From NCBI RefSeq assembly GCF_009834535.1, contig NC_045707.1, positions 51,834,001-51,898,000 of the forward strand: a stretch of DNA of 64,000 nucleotides. The letters run 5' to 3'. How positions within the stretch are numbered: the first letter of the stretch is position 1; each line of letters begins with the position of its first letter. The notes under the pieces are model-generated. The model saw only the letters and a program-made list of their open reading frames with translations. It made no database searches and was not told the DNA's origin. Made by a program: the position numbers and the translations under genes. Shown here piece by piece: positions 26,063 to 38,949 of this stretch. This DNA is from Camelus ferus. Taxonomy: Eukaryota.

Positions 26063-27379
26063 CCATAATAATAGCCATTGTTAATTATGTTTACATTTTT
26101 GGGATCCAAACTTTGAAACTTAATTATTTGGTAAATGTGGTATCAACAGTATTTCTGTGTAACTTTTATTTATAAGCTAAGATTGTATTTTTTATGTCTA
26201 CTCACTTTTAAGCCACATTGTCATCAGTGTGAAACCATAATTTCTAATAGCTAATTGCCATTTTAAATGAAGAAAGAGCTAGAGATTTTATAATAAAATA
26301 GTGACTTAAAAATCCAGAAAACTTAAGTGTTTAAAGTGCTGAACATATTTAACATGAAGAAAAAGATTAATCATTTAGAGCTAAAATGCAAATTTCAAAG
26401 AAAACAATGTTTATAATTCTAATTCTATGTCTATTATTAGATAAAAGCTTATAGAGCTTTTGCTGATAGGTCAGATTCATTACAAGTAGTAAAATATGCC
26501 CAAACTCTCACATAAATGCATGTGATTATGTTTAAAACATCCAAAGATGTTGAATAGATTAACTATATTAACATGTAATACTGTAGAAAAGCACAGAGGG
26601 GCATGCCTAAATGCAAGCTATTCCATTTGCTTAGATAAATAGAATTCTTAATGCAGTAGAACCACAGATGATTGCGAGAGTAAATTTTATATTTCTGCCT
26701 AAATATTAAAAAGTTTGTGTGAAATGAAGTTTCTTTCCTGATTCATATCAATTTGTAAGGTAGGCAATTCAGTTTGCTACAGGAAATATATCCTTATGAA
26801 GCATAACAAAATTCAATTTACCAGTAAAATCCATTTAAATTAAAATCAAAGACTAATCTTCATATAATCTTTTTCTTGTATCATAATGATGAAGAATGAA
26901 TAGATACCTGCAATGAACACTGACTTATCCTGATTATTTTCATTTTTATTTGATAGAAATTATCTTCTACAGGGAAGAAAAAGTATATGGAAAGGTCACA
27001 GTGCTTCTTGCAACCAGTAAACTTATTTAAGCTATCCTAGAGAAAATAACATTCACATTTTTTTCAGAGTCACAGAGAATGTAACCGCATAATGATGTTC
27101 TTTAAAACCTAGTCTGAAATATATAAAAATTTTCCATTTCCAACAAAATTCTCCTAAACAACTGTGGAAAATTGCTAAAAGTGCCACCTTTCTGCTGATT
27201 GTATAAAATTTGGTATGTAGTGGAAAGTGACAAGATCTTCCTAAAAATTACACTGAGATGCAAATGGACAAAATATTTAAGGAAATATTAAAGAACAAAC
27301 ATGAAATTACATGTACATTTCATCCCCATGGATATCAAATTTTATTATTAATTTATAGCATTTGATGATTTTGAATAGG

Positions 27380-27640
27380 GAAATAATCTGAACTTACGTA
27401 TAATAGTAAAAATATCACTCTGGTTCCTGGTTAAAAACAAACCAAATGAGGATTGGAGTATATTCCAGGAGAATGGGTAGGAAGTTTTAGGATAACCAAG
27501 GAAGAACATGAAGATGGTGATTTCTAGCTTGGTAGTTTTCATGCAGTTGATTAAAAAATAGTGATATTCTGATTATATTTTGAAGCTACAAGGAATAAAG
27601 TTTGCAGAGATAGTGAACATTCAATGTAATAAAAATGAGA
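27380..27640 (-). mobile_element. L2 fragment
   Basis: Antisense L2a-like 'gatattctgattatattttgaag...tttgcagagatagtgaa'. Confidence 0.5.
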
Positions 27641-27689
27641 AAAAAATAATAAATCTACCACTGTCTTTTCCCTTAGTCATAGTTATTTA

Positions 27690-27990
27690 TTATCTTTTTA
27701 CACACAAAATTCACTCACCTGCTTCTCAAGATTCTCTAATTGTTGCTCAGGATCTCACAGTCTACATAAGGTCTGGAATCAGTTATTTTTATATGGAGAC
27801 ATAGTAACTAAAAAGCCAAATTATTCTCCAATATATGATTGTGGAATAGGGACAGAATAGCTGCAATAACACTCATTTGAGAGGAGGAGAAATGCGAGAC
27901 GTTGGAGCCACTGCTCCCTAGGAATTCTGAAATCCTTCTGGGCAAACATTATCATGTTGTCTCAGTCTTGAGGTACAAAGTTTTCTTGAC
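27690..27990 (-). mobile_element. MaLR internal (MLT1-int-like) fragment
   Basis: 'gtggaatagggacagaatagctgcaataacactc...gccactgctccctaggaattctgaaatccttctgggcaaac' resembles antisense MLT-int. Confidence 0.45.
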
Positions 27991-28611
27991 CAAACCCCAG
28001 TTCCACTTCCTTGATCTTACATTTCCCTATTTGGTATTTCCTATTTATTCTTAGCCTGTAGTTAAGTGGAGGACCAGAGTTTTCTGTTTGTTTGTTTTGC
28101 TTGTTTTGCATATCTTGAAAGAACAGGTGAAATTCTCACAAATATACATCTCTCACAATGTATTGTTTTATAGGTTCAATTCCAGTCAACTGTAGGTGCC
28201 AAAGCCTCACCTCTCTATCTCCCCTAAGAGAGCTTATTGGCATTAAGCAGTAATGGCGCATTAGGGAAAATGAAATTCCAGGTCATTTCTCAGATTATGA
28301 AACACTGGTACCAAGTTGTTACAAATCCCTGTTGAATCAAAAGTACCACAAGGGATAATAAGCTTTATGGCGATGGGGTGATAATGGAATTTTGCCACAA
28401 ATTCATTTTATTGTAAGAATGTGTATCAACACAAATATGCTTTCGTTCTTTTCCCAGTTCTCAAGAGATTAATCAAAATAGAAATATGCAACAACAGCAG
28501 AATACCCAGGTTGGCTACCAAATTATATTGTGAGAGCTGTTATTAAAGGGTGACCAAGGGCAAGTCTCTGGAATCTCACCTTCTCACATTGAAATAGTAA
28601 ATTAAAAGAGC

Positions 28612-29250
28612 ACTGAAGACTTCTGTTTCTTGGTAGGTTTAGTAAGTAGCAGCAGGCCATGGCTTCTTCCTCAAAAACTAGGAAAATTGTACAAATTACA
28701 GAAAGCGTATTTTCAAAGGAATGAGATAGCTATGAAACACAGAAACTCTAGATAAAAAATTTCAGTGAGGAGCTAAATTTTCCTGAGTGAGCTGATAAAC
28801 TACAATCTTTTTTAAACCCCTGTGGATATTTGCTGATTCTGGGCACAGGCTGTGGATCAGACTTAGCTCAAACAGAGAGACTCTATTACGGGAAAGAGAA
28901 ACCAGAAAGTTATTAGTTGACATGCGCTACTAGAATAACAAAGCAGAAAACTTAGGCAACTCAAATACTTGACCAATTCTCTCCAGAGGATATTTTCTGA
29001 GTTCTGGGACTATATGGGAGTCTGGGAGTTAAGAGAAATTTTCTGAAAGGTAGACTGAAATGTCCTGCTCTCTATAGTGTTTAGGAAACAAAACTCCTGC
29101 TGGGGGAAGCAGCTGGACTCAAGTACATGGCTGGAATGCCTTCAAGATACTTGCCAGATTTTGAACCTTTATGAGAGGGAGATTGTGAAGCTTGGCTGGG
29201 AAATTCTGAGGGCAGAGCTTAAAGTTTTGCTTTTAAAAACCTCAGAGTTA
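28612..29250 (+). mobile_element. Ancient L1M 5' region fragment
   Basis: Starts 'gaagacttctgtttcttgg', then 'aaaactaggaaaattgtacaaatta', similar to old L1M 5' ends. Confidence 0.4.
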
Positions 29251-29439
29251 TCCCTATTCTTTTATTGGCAAATATGTCATTTTGATATTTCTAATAATAA
29301 TGAAAATAGGTTTTGAACTTTTTCAAATATTTCCAAATATTTCCAAAGCTCTGATTTGCAAAGAGCACATGCATTGCTAAAGGAATCACCTTGCACCTAG
29401 CTTGGAGGCCACTAAAGACACATGAGCCCTAAACGGACA

Positions 29440-29872
29440 CAGATCTCTGCTTTACGTGGACTTGGAGTTATAGCCTCCATCAGCTTCTCAACACTTGCTG
29501 TTCACTAGGTCTAGGGTGTGCTTCCTCCTGCTTTGTGCCTCGGTCCTTCTCATTTTGAAGATTTTAGCTTGCTTATCATCTCCTCAAAGAAGCTGTAGCT
29601 GACCAAATTATAGGAGGTATTTTACCACTCATTTTCTGCTTAAGCATTCTGTTTATTTCCTTCTAATCTCCTTTAACAATTTACAGGTGATAGATATTTT
29701 CTGGCTCCTATATTCATTTTCTCTTGCAATTCCCTCTCTTTAAAATTAGCTCCAAGAAGTTAGGGATAATTTTTGTGTCTTTCTCCTTAGCACATGTCCA
29801 CAGCCCCTAGCTTGTGTTGTGTACAGAATAGTCACTGGATAAATACTGGTTTAATTAACAAAATGAATCAAT
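29440..29872 (+). mobile_element. L2a 3' fragment
   Basis: 'tcatctcctcaaagaagc...cccctagc...gtacagaatagtcactggataaatactggtt...aatgaat' L2 3' terminus. Confidence 0.65.
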
Positions 29873-31851
29873 AAGTATTATTGTAAAATACATGTTGTGA
29901 CAGCCAATTCCACTTTATTTTTGCCGTATACATTTTCCACGATTTTTGAACTCATCTAGGTTACATGTTTTATTACTCTGTCCACGAAAAAAACATTCAC
30001 AAGTACAATATTACAACTTTACATTGTAATTGTACAATTATACACAACTTTTTACATGATACTGGGTTAAATAATGACTCTAGAAATAGACCTTTCTCTG
30101 AGTATAAGTGGTTATTTATTATAATATTATTTTTTATAATCTTATTAAATAAGCAATTTATTTATTACATATTATTTATAATACGTTTTTTAGATTAAAA
30201 ACCTGTAAGTATTTTCTTACTTTTCAGTTTCACATTCCAAGAGATAACAGTGCATGGAATTCCTGTAGTGTTATTCATGACTCGATGTCTGTTTACAGCT
30301 ATCCCTTTGATAAAACAGGTCAGTGTTAAGCTTCAGTAGGCTGAGAAATTTAACATGATTAGTTCTCATTAATGTCAGAGTTAGCTTTTTCCTTATAATA
30401 AGGGAAGATCCATTCATGAAAGATTCTTGCAGAACCCAAATATCTGTCACACAGTGATTGTCCTTTCTTGCACCATTAACTTCAGGTCAACTAAGAGAAT
30501 ATTAAAGAAAAAGTAGAACAAAGAATTAAAGTCTAGAGGCTTAAAACTAAGTATATAAATTGAACAACTTCTATGAAATAGGTACATATACAAAAACAAC
30601 AGTTTGTCTTCTAGATGCAGTTAATTATACTTACAAAATAGTATCTTATTTTCATTGCTATTAGAAATATGTGTTTAATTTTTAAAGATCAGGAAATATG
30701 CAAAAATGCTAGATAACAGTCAACAACAAATATAAAACTCAGTGAAAATGACCATAAGTATGTTGCAATATTCTTTTTTTGCCCTCACTACCGGCATGCC
30801 CAAGGATGACCAAAACAAAATCACACCCTTGGGATTCCCATAAGCATTTGTTGAAGGAAAGCTTCCAGAATATATGGGGTTCTGTTAAAAAACCAAAATA
30901 AAGTAGATTGGAGGCCTGGCATTGTGATTTTGACATAAAAATAGTGTGACTCACAGGTTGGTGAAGGCTTTAATAGATCAGGTATAAACCACTTTATATC
31001 TTGCATTTTTCATTTGAGATTTAATGAAAATACCACTTCACATAGTATAATTATGATAAAATTTGATGGATTTATGTTTACATTTTAGGTATTATAAATG
31101 AAATTGGAATAAGAATATTTAAATCTATGTCATTCTTGGAATTTCTGATTGTTTACAAAGGGAAAAGTGCCAATAAAAGAAATACATGCTAGTGAAAATG
31201 AAAAATTGACATATATTGCTAAGTTAGCACCATGAAAGTTTCAATTTCATACTTCTCTTAGTAATTATGATGGAAAAGTTTTAAAAGAATCCTTATCAAC
31301 ATCAGGTGCCATTCTTTTTTTTTTTTTCCTACCATAACCTAATTGACATGTGAGGACTTGAACTATATTAAATTTGTTAATATTGATTTCAACTTATGTT
31401 AAATATTTCTTAAATATGCATCTGTTATTTGGTCATTTTTGGTCACTTTGATTTATGTTACAACTTTCTATTGGTATGCAAAGACTAGGTCCAGAGGCTG
31501 ACCCTTTTGCCACTAACTTGGACTATTTTGGTTTATAACAGATCATGAAATAAAATGCAAGAGATATTCTATAAGCAAACTAATGGGCTTTGCTCTATCA
31601 ACATAGACACAGTTAAGTGAGGTGTAGGAATGCTAAATAGGAGAAAATGTAACACCATTGCAATTAAATGGGAGAAAGAAGATAATTTCATATTTATTAA
31701 AGACCAAATTCACTATAAATATCTAAAAACTTATACTCAATAAGTAATTTACAACTATATATGTTAGATGTCTTTAAATCAGGAAGATATAACAGGACAT
31801 AATTGTGGGTATTTCACACAAAAATAAACACACCACTCTTCACCAAAGACC

Positions 31852-31897
31852 TATATATATATACGTGTGTGTGTATATATGTGTGTGTGTATATATA

Positions 31898-31932
<35 letters not shown>

Positions 31933-31961
31933 GTATATGTGTATATATATATATATATATT
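31852..31961. repeat. Compound (TA)n/(TG)n microsatellite
   Basis: Directly visible alternating purine-pyrimidine run of ~110 bp. Confidence 0.97.
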
Positions 31962-32094
31962 AGAACAAACATTATATAATAGTGGATTCAATATTGCATG
32001 ACAGGTGAAAGGTGACTATCACATAGGGCAGGTAGCTTTAGCTTCCACACTGGGTGTTAGTCACTAGTATGACTTGAAAACCAATTGATCTTAT

Positions 32095-32296
32095 GGAGTT
32101 GAACTTTGTTTTCATCTGGGATGTGATCAGTGTTCTATATCTCTAGGACAGCCAAATGAAGAAGTCGACTACATAGTTGAATATTCAGGGCTTGTAATTC
32201 AGAATAGAAATCTGGACTTAGGTAATTACTTGAGGATAGAAAATAAATGAAATAAGAGCTGTGCTTGAGATAACCAGAGGGAAAAATACAGAGTAG
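32095..32296 (-). mobile_element. L2 fragment
   Basis: 'cagccaaatgaagaagtc...gttgaatattcagggcttgtaattcagaatagaaatctggact...gagataaccagaggga'. Confidence 0.6.
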
Positions 32297-32492
32297 TGAC
32301 CTCAAACTGGTGGTTCTACACATGCGTTTTATTTGGCCAGTGTTATGTTTAAAAAATCAGCATGTATAGTTTTAGGTAAGACGTATATCTCCAAGTAGGA
32401 AGGTTTTCCCTCCATCTGTTGTGTCTTACCATGGGTGCCTTTTTATATTATCTGCATGTCTTCTGGAGTTATGTCAGTTCTCAAACCTTGTA
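32297..32492. mobile_element. hAT-Charlie MITE fragment (MER102-like)
   Basis: 'acacatgcgttttatttggccagtg' and terminal 'agttctcaaaccttg' resemble MER102. Confidence 0.4.
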
Positions 32493-32759
32493 TAAGATGA
32501 AAAAAGAAGAAAAAAAGATAATCTTAGGTCTTAGCATTGGGAAATTCAAACTGTATGCATTTGATTTGTGAGTGTAACATATTTTAGAACAATCCCTATC
32601 AAAATATCTATGGTGAAAGATCAGGCCTCATTTTGTATTTTATACATTTAAATATATATTTCATGACTAAACATTTCTATTTAGTGAATATTTAATATTA
32701 ATACATTAAGTGTTATGTATATTTCAACATCAACACATTAAGGAGTGACATTTCATAAA

Positions 32760-33240
32760 TATATTAGGTTTCTAGGGTTGCTGTAGTAAAGTACCACAAA
32801 CTGAGTGCCTGAAACAACAGAAAAACTTTGTCTCACTTTTGTCTAGTTCTGGAGGCTAGGAGTCTGAGATCAAAGTGTCAGCAGGGTTGGTTTCTTCTGA
32901 GGGCTGTGAGGGAGAATCTGTTCCTTGCTAGCTTCAGGTGGTTTACTGGCAATCTTTGGTGTTTCTTGGTGTTCAGAAGCACAGCTTGATCTCTGCCTTC
33001 ATCCTCACATGGCTTTCTCCCTGTGTGTGTTCCTCTATATCCAAATTTCCCTTCTTATAAGATTACCTGTAATACTGTATTATAAGATTACTTGTAAAAT
33101 TGTATTCGTGCCCACTGATTGCATCCTAAGTAAATTACACCTGGAAAAGTCTTATTTCTACAAAAGGTCACATTCTGAGTTACTGTTGGTTAGAACGTCA
33201 ACTTATGAATTTAGGGGGGAACACAATTCTACCCATAAGA
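32760..33240 (-). mobile_element. MaLR MLT1C-like solo LTR with 5-bp TSD
   Basis: 'tagttctggaggctaggagtctgagatcaaagtgtcagcagggttgg...aggtcacattctgag...ggggaacacaattctaccc'; ATAAA on both flanks (32755-32759, 33241-33245). Confidence 0.9.
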
Positions 33241-35559
33241 ATAAATTACGATAATAATGTCATAGGAATGTCAGTCTGCTATAAATGTTTCTAAATGCTT
33301 CCTCTATTTTCTATACTTATTTCATTCCTGACCTGTGATTAAGAATATGTGGATTGGTTCCAGGGAGCAAAGTGCACTTAGAATAGCACTGATCAAAAAA
33401 TACAAAAAGTGTCTAAAATTCAGAAGGCTAGAAAGAGTAAATTACAATAAATATATATCAGAAAATATTTTCCTTATGACATTGAGTATCTTTTCCAGGT
33501 AAGCTGTTGCCTCTAATTTCTGTCAGAGGCAATCTTTATACCCTGGTGTTCTGGGATTCTTTCTTCCTTTTGAAACCCTGCCTCCAGATTTTCACTTTTC
33601 CTACTCAACTAGCCCTAGAGAAATCTTTGCTACATTAGTTTCTGACTTAATATCAGCTGTTCACTCCAGATGGAAGTCATAGCATTTCTGTATGTTTGCT
33701 TCTCTTCTTCTAATCTAACTTCATGTCTCTGTACAAGGAGCTGTGAGTGGAGATTTTTCTGGATCTATGTCATTTTTCAGAGGTAGTACTTTTTCAAGTT
33801 GGGAATATGAGTCATCCTAAAATGCCTTTTGGTCTAGTATAATCTCCATTGTAGTGAAAATGTCTTTAATTTTATGACACATGCATGATACTCTGTTTTC
33901 CTGTTCATCTGTTTTCCTGTTAATGTTCCCTCCCAATCCGGGATTTTTTTTTCTATGAGACTCCGAGAAGAAGAAAAATAAATATCTATGCTTATATGAC
34001 TCTTAGAAAAACAGGTAATTTTTCCTTTAAATCAATCTGTCTTGAATCAATCATTTCTTCTTTAAAAACGTCTTTATTTCAGTCTATTTAGTAATCTATT
34101 TTGTGTTTCAGAAAAATGTGTATCTTTCCTGAAGTCACAGCCTTTCTAACATAGTGATTCAAAATTATTACTTTAAACTTTGAAAAGTCCAATTGTAAAA
34201 GTTATAAGAATATTTTAGAACAGGAGTAAAATATCATACATAACAATAATGTTCTAGTATCAAAATGTAAAGTGGCCTGTCAGTTTCATATTGAAGTTAA
34301 AAAATAATAAAAAGAACAAGTTGAATTATAAAGGCATATGAGTAGTTGTAATAAGTATTTTCATTATATAAATAGTAGAAATACTGTTTCATAGGGAAGT
34401 CTCATGAATACTTTAAAATATTTACTATATCATTAGTGGGACCACTAGGACTACAAAAGAAAAAACACTCTTACTTTGTGGAAAAAACAAACTTAGTAGT
34501 GTTGTATGAATTATTAAAAGAATACAAATCAACCAAACAACCAACAATTTTTCCCCCAAATGTAAGAAATAGTCATTTTTTGAATATATTCTGAAGCAAG
34601 GAGGGTACAGGGAAGTGCTATTATAAACATCTGAATCATTTTGTAGCAGCAAGAAAAATCCTAAAAAGCAAAAATGCTAATTTTCACATTAGAATATATA
34701 ATGTTCTGTTATAAATGCCTAGAATGCAGTGATTCAGTCGTTCTAAGCCCAGCATCTCCACATTTGGCTCCCAACTTATTCTCAGGGAAGAAAAGGAATA
34801 AAAACAAGTAAAGGAGAGAGGGGAGGAAGAGATATAGTATCAGGAACATGTGACTCAGCGAAAAGCAATACGTTACATTATGTATGGGCATGGTTAAGCT
34901 AATTCCAATGACTTACGTCTTCTCATTCCTACAGAGAACACCAGCCTATACTTAGCAGGAACATAAATGCTGCAATTACGTGTTTATTCTAAAGTCAAGC
35001 TATACTACTCCCTAGTTTATATTTAACTTCAGATATTTTCAGTATAAAATCCCATGAAGAATCTTGGTACGTTAGTACCTTGAACATGGTTAATAAATGA
35101 AATGTGTATAGCACAAAATTAGAAAGAAATAGTTCTATTTTTCTTAGAGCTTTCATGGAGGCCGGATGCAGCTTCAACATCAGACTAACAGCTGACTGAA
35201 ATAATGAATGTAGAATACTAATTATAAAGCCTAGCATAATATGAGCATTCAAAATATAGCAAAGCAATGCATGTTTACAATGTGAAAAACAGACTAAAAA
35301 AAAAAAAAATACAAAGAACAGCTCTGAAGAAAAAATTCATAGAATGGCCATTAGGAGGCCAGAGGCAGTGTAAGGCAAGAATGATAGTTGCTTCTACTTT
35401 ACTCAGACCTGGAGAGTTGAAAGAACCAATTGAATGAATATGCCCCTGGGCATGTTTTAGCACAAGTTTAGTAGGATTATCTTCTTTAAATTTATTTCCT
35501 GAGCATAGTGTCACTTTCCTAGGAGTTTTGGGCATAATTCAGATGTAGAGACTTCACAT

Positions 35560-35915
35560 TCTCAGAATACATCCCTTTTCTCCTTTCTTTGTATCTAGAT
35601 ACACTGTTCTTTTTCTCCAAATTATCTTTATTCCAGTCACACACATTTGTTTAGCAAACTTCTACTTATCTTTCTCAGTGGAATTCAGTATACTCCTGGA
35701 CAATGATATCCTATCATGTGATGTTCCATTGTTTATTATGGTACTTATCACAGTGTTAAAATTCTTAGTTTACATATATATCTCCTTCAGAAAACTCTGG
35801 TTCTAAGGAAGTCAGATACTATCTTTCATCACAATATCCCCAGATAATGTAATTTGAATTTCACTCAGTACTGGTACATAGTTGACGTAAAATATAAGTT
35901 TAAAGAATGAATGAA
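35560..35915 (+). mobile_element. L2 3' fragment
   Basis: 'gcaaacttctacttatcttt...gtacttatcacagtg...cagtactggtacatagttg...gaatgaatgaa'. Confidence 0.65.
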
Positions 35916-36389
35916 AGCTTCATTTCATTGTAGCATAGAAACAGGTTCTGATATGAGAGGATTGATTTTATAGATGATGCTGAAGATAGAGACATATAAA
36001 GTTAAGATGAGAAGATAATAAATACAAATATGACATTGGTAGAGTAGGGAGCATGGATCTGTGCACATTTAAGTACATAGTCCATGATATCCAGAGAAGG
36101 GAGGGAGGGAAGAAATGGGGAACTATTACAAGTAATATGTAATGAAAATACAAGAAACCATAATGGTCCCAACCCCCACCCCACCCACCCCTACCCGTAG
36201 AAAAGAACTGAAGTGAATGATGAGTGCCAGTCTGTGAGAAGATTCCTGCTAACCAACAATACCCTTGTGTAATATCCTCGTGACATTTTAGCTGTGTTGT
36301 GTCTCTGGTTACTAAAGATAAACTTGCTCACGTATTTGACTGCTTTGAATGTCTGTACTTGGAATGTGATTCCTAAGGCAGCAAGGGGT

Positions 36390-36639
36390 GAGGGATTAAG
36401 TACTGATACCTGCTACAACATGAATTAATCCATAAAACATTATGCTAATTTAAAGAAGCCAGTCACAGAAGGCCAAATATGGTATGTAGATTGAGAGTAG
36501 ATAAGTGGTTGCTGGAGATAGAGGTGATGGTTGCATGATTGTGAATGTATTTTAAAAAAAACAAAACACTAAATTACACACTTTAAAAGGATGAATTGTG
36601 TGATACTGAATTGTATGCCAATAAAGCAGTTATAAAAAA
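36390..36639 (+). mobile_element. L1MB-type 3' end (internally deleted)
   Basis: 'gtactgatacctgctacaacatgaat...aagaagccagtcaca...gtgatggttgca...cactttaaaaggatgaatt...caataaagc'. Confidence 0.85.
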
Positions 36640-38949
36640 TTGGGTGAAAGCAGTTTGGTGCATGATCAGACAATAGAACAATTAGTTAAAATCAGGACTC
36701 AGGAGGAAAACACATGGCATGCGTAAAGCTCTATATATCTTCTCCTTAGTTTATGGTGCCCTGTACATTTGAAAGAAATTTTTTAATAATACCAAACATT
36801 TCAAAAAATAATTCTTGAAAATTTCTATATTCCCATTATCATAATATTAGAAAAAACTATTACCAAATTGTCCTAATTGTTTCAAGTCTTTTATTTATAA
36901 AAGAAATAAAATACTTCACAATAATATAAATGCCTTTTCAACCAAAAGCCTGAGTTTATATTTCTACTTTGTTGGAAATCAAGATTTTTAAAATTATTTT
37001 TAAATAATATGCTTAAGTTATTTGATCCTCTAATCTATATTTTTCTGATGTTTTACTGGGCCATAAAAAGCACAAGTCAGCCACCAATTATTAACATTAA
37101 TATTTCAAACTGCCAGTTGAGGTGTATGCGTTGCAAAGTATAAAAATAAAATGCTCATTTAAAAATGTGAAAGTTAATAAAAACACTGCTATCAATCTAT
37201 ATTAGGAGAGGCAATGACAGCCTAAAAAATCTATTTATGTCACTGCAAGAAGTTTAGAAAAATGCTTAAATTCTTGAGTAGAGTAATATGAATAATAAGA
37301 AAATTGACTGTACCATTGCGAAGATGGCAAATGCTTGATTTTTCTTTCAGTCTCTTCTAGCTCTCTTAAAGTGTTAGTTTAGAATAAAAAAGGAAAGCCT
37401 AAAGGGGGAAAAAAAGAAGAATTAGTTAAATAATATAAATTAAATATTATTTTATTTTAATAGAGCAATAGTTTTGAAACAGAGGAGCAAGAACTGTAAC
37501 TTAGTTTCCTAAAACTCAAGTTAAGTTTAATTTTGAGCTTCTATCTTTCCAGTCTGGTGAGAAACATAGACTATCATTTGTAAATATCACCTATTCTCTT
37601 CATATACTAAAATCAATCAAGGCATTGGGATTTCCGTACTCCAGAATAAGCCCCCTCATATAAACCATGTGACTATCACGTAAAAGTATATTTTATAAAA
37701 TGCAAGGTGGATCTATTTTGAACACTTACTCTACTACATAACCTCAGTGTCTCTAACAGGCTGGTGTCAAACTTTAGAGAGACATTTTAAAGAGCTAAGA
37801 CACAGGCAAAGAACATTTGTCTTCAGAAGATATTTAAAACATCCCATGATCAACGTGAATTCTCAGATCCAGCACCTGTCTGAGGCCTCTGTTTCAAATG
37901 GCCACAGGGGAAACTTCGTAAGACTGCCTGTGGCTCTGCCTGGTGGTAAAACACGCATCATATCTTTGAACTCTTTCAATTCACTGGCATTGTGAAACTC
38001 TGTCTCATCCGGGTGATTGTAGAGTCTTGCTGAATTCTCTTAGCACTCTGGGAAGCATGGTCCAGTTTCTCTCACTCCCTTTTCATCCAACTTCTCACCC
38101 CATGTCCCTGCTTATTACTCCATAGCTTCCTTGCCTTCTCCAAATCCAGACTGGGGAATCATCTTCTAATCCAGCGTAGAACCTACAATTGCTATGCCTG
38201 CTCATGGCAAGAGACAGACAGATGTAGATATATAGATGTTTTTCCTACTCAGATGCCTCTTCTAGACACAACTTTTGGCTGTTAGAAAAAAAAATAAAAC
38301 ACAGTAAGAATCATAAGCTATTTTTGCTTTTTATCTTGTCATCTAAATTCTTGAATTTGGAAAATAAAAATGCTAATATAATACACTAAAATGTAACATA
38401 TAGATAGAAATAAATAATAGATTCATGTCTCAAAATATTGCCCATACTGAGCTAAGGTATGTGGATGAAAACGTTTTAGACATGTAATAGGTTATTCTCA
38501 ATTTGTGTAAATAAATGTGCTTCTAAAAACATTTAAGAAAGTGAATCCATAAGCAAGAAACTTACATGTTTAATGAAGAATTTGTTTCTACAGAACAAAA
38601 CCTATTCTAATAGCCATAATCAGGTTTTCACATTAAGAGTTTTTGAATTTGTGTTGTATGCAATACATGTGCAATGCCTTACAGAATATTAAAATATAAA
38701 CATTAAACATAATAAAATACTTTAAAAAACACTTAAAGTTTTATTTTTTTCAGTTAACTTGAAATTTAGTAGATTGAAAAAACCTACTTCCATGTTAGGG
38801 GAAAACTTATTTTGGTGATTTTTGTACAGGATTAATCAGAGAAGCAAAAAATATTTGCATGGAGATTGTGTTGATGTTTCTGATGTGTTCTTAACATATT
38901 TCCTTAAATAGTCAAGACAATTTAAAGGCCAGATTTATTTTCTTTAAAA

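Noticed and set aside
30790..30905. Minus-strand exon after the strong acceptor 'ttttggttttttaacAG' (exon start 30881)
   Set aside because: Nearby donors are weak (GTGTGA, GTAGTG) and no reading frame gives a recognisable peptide
37747..37995. 82-aa ORF with possible splice signals and CTCF-like motifs in unique sequence
   Set aside because: Weak acceptor, unrecognisable peptide, and the CTCF-like matches miss several core positions
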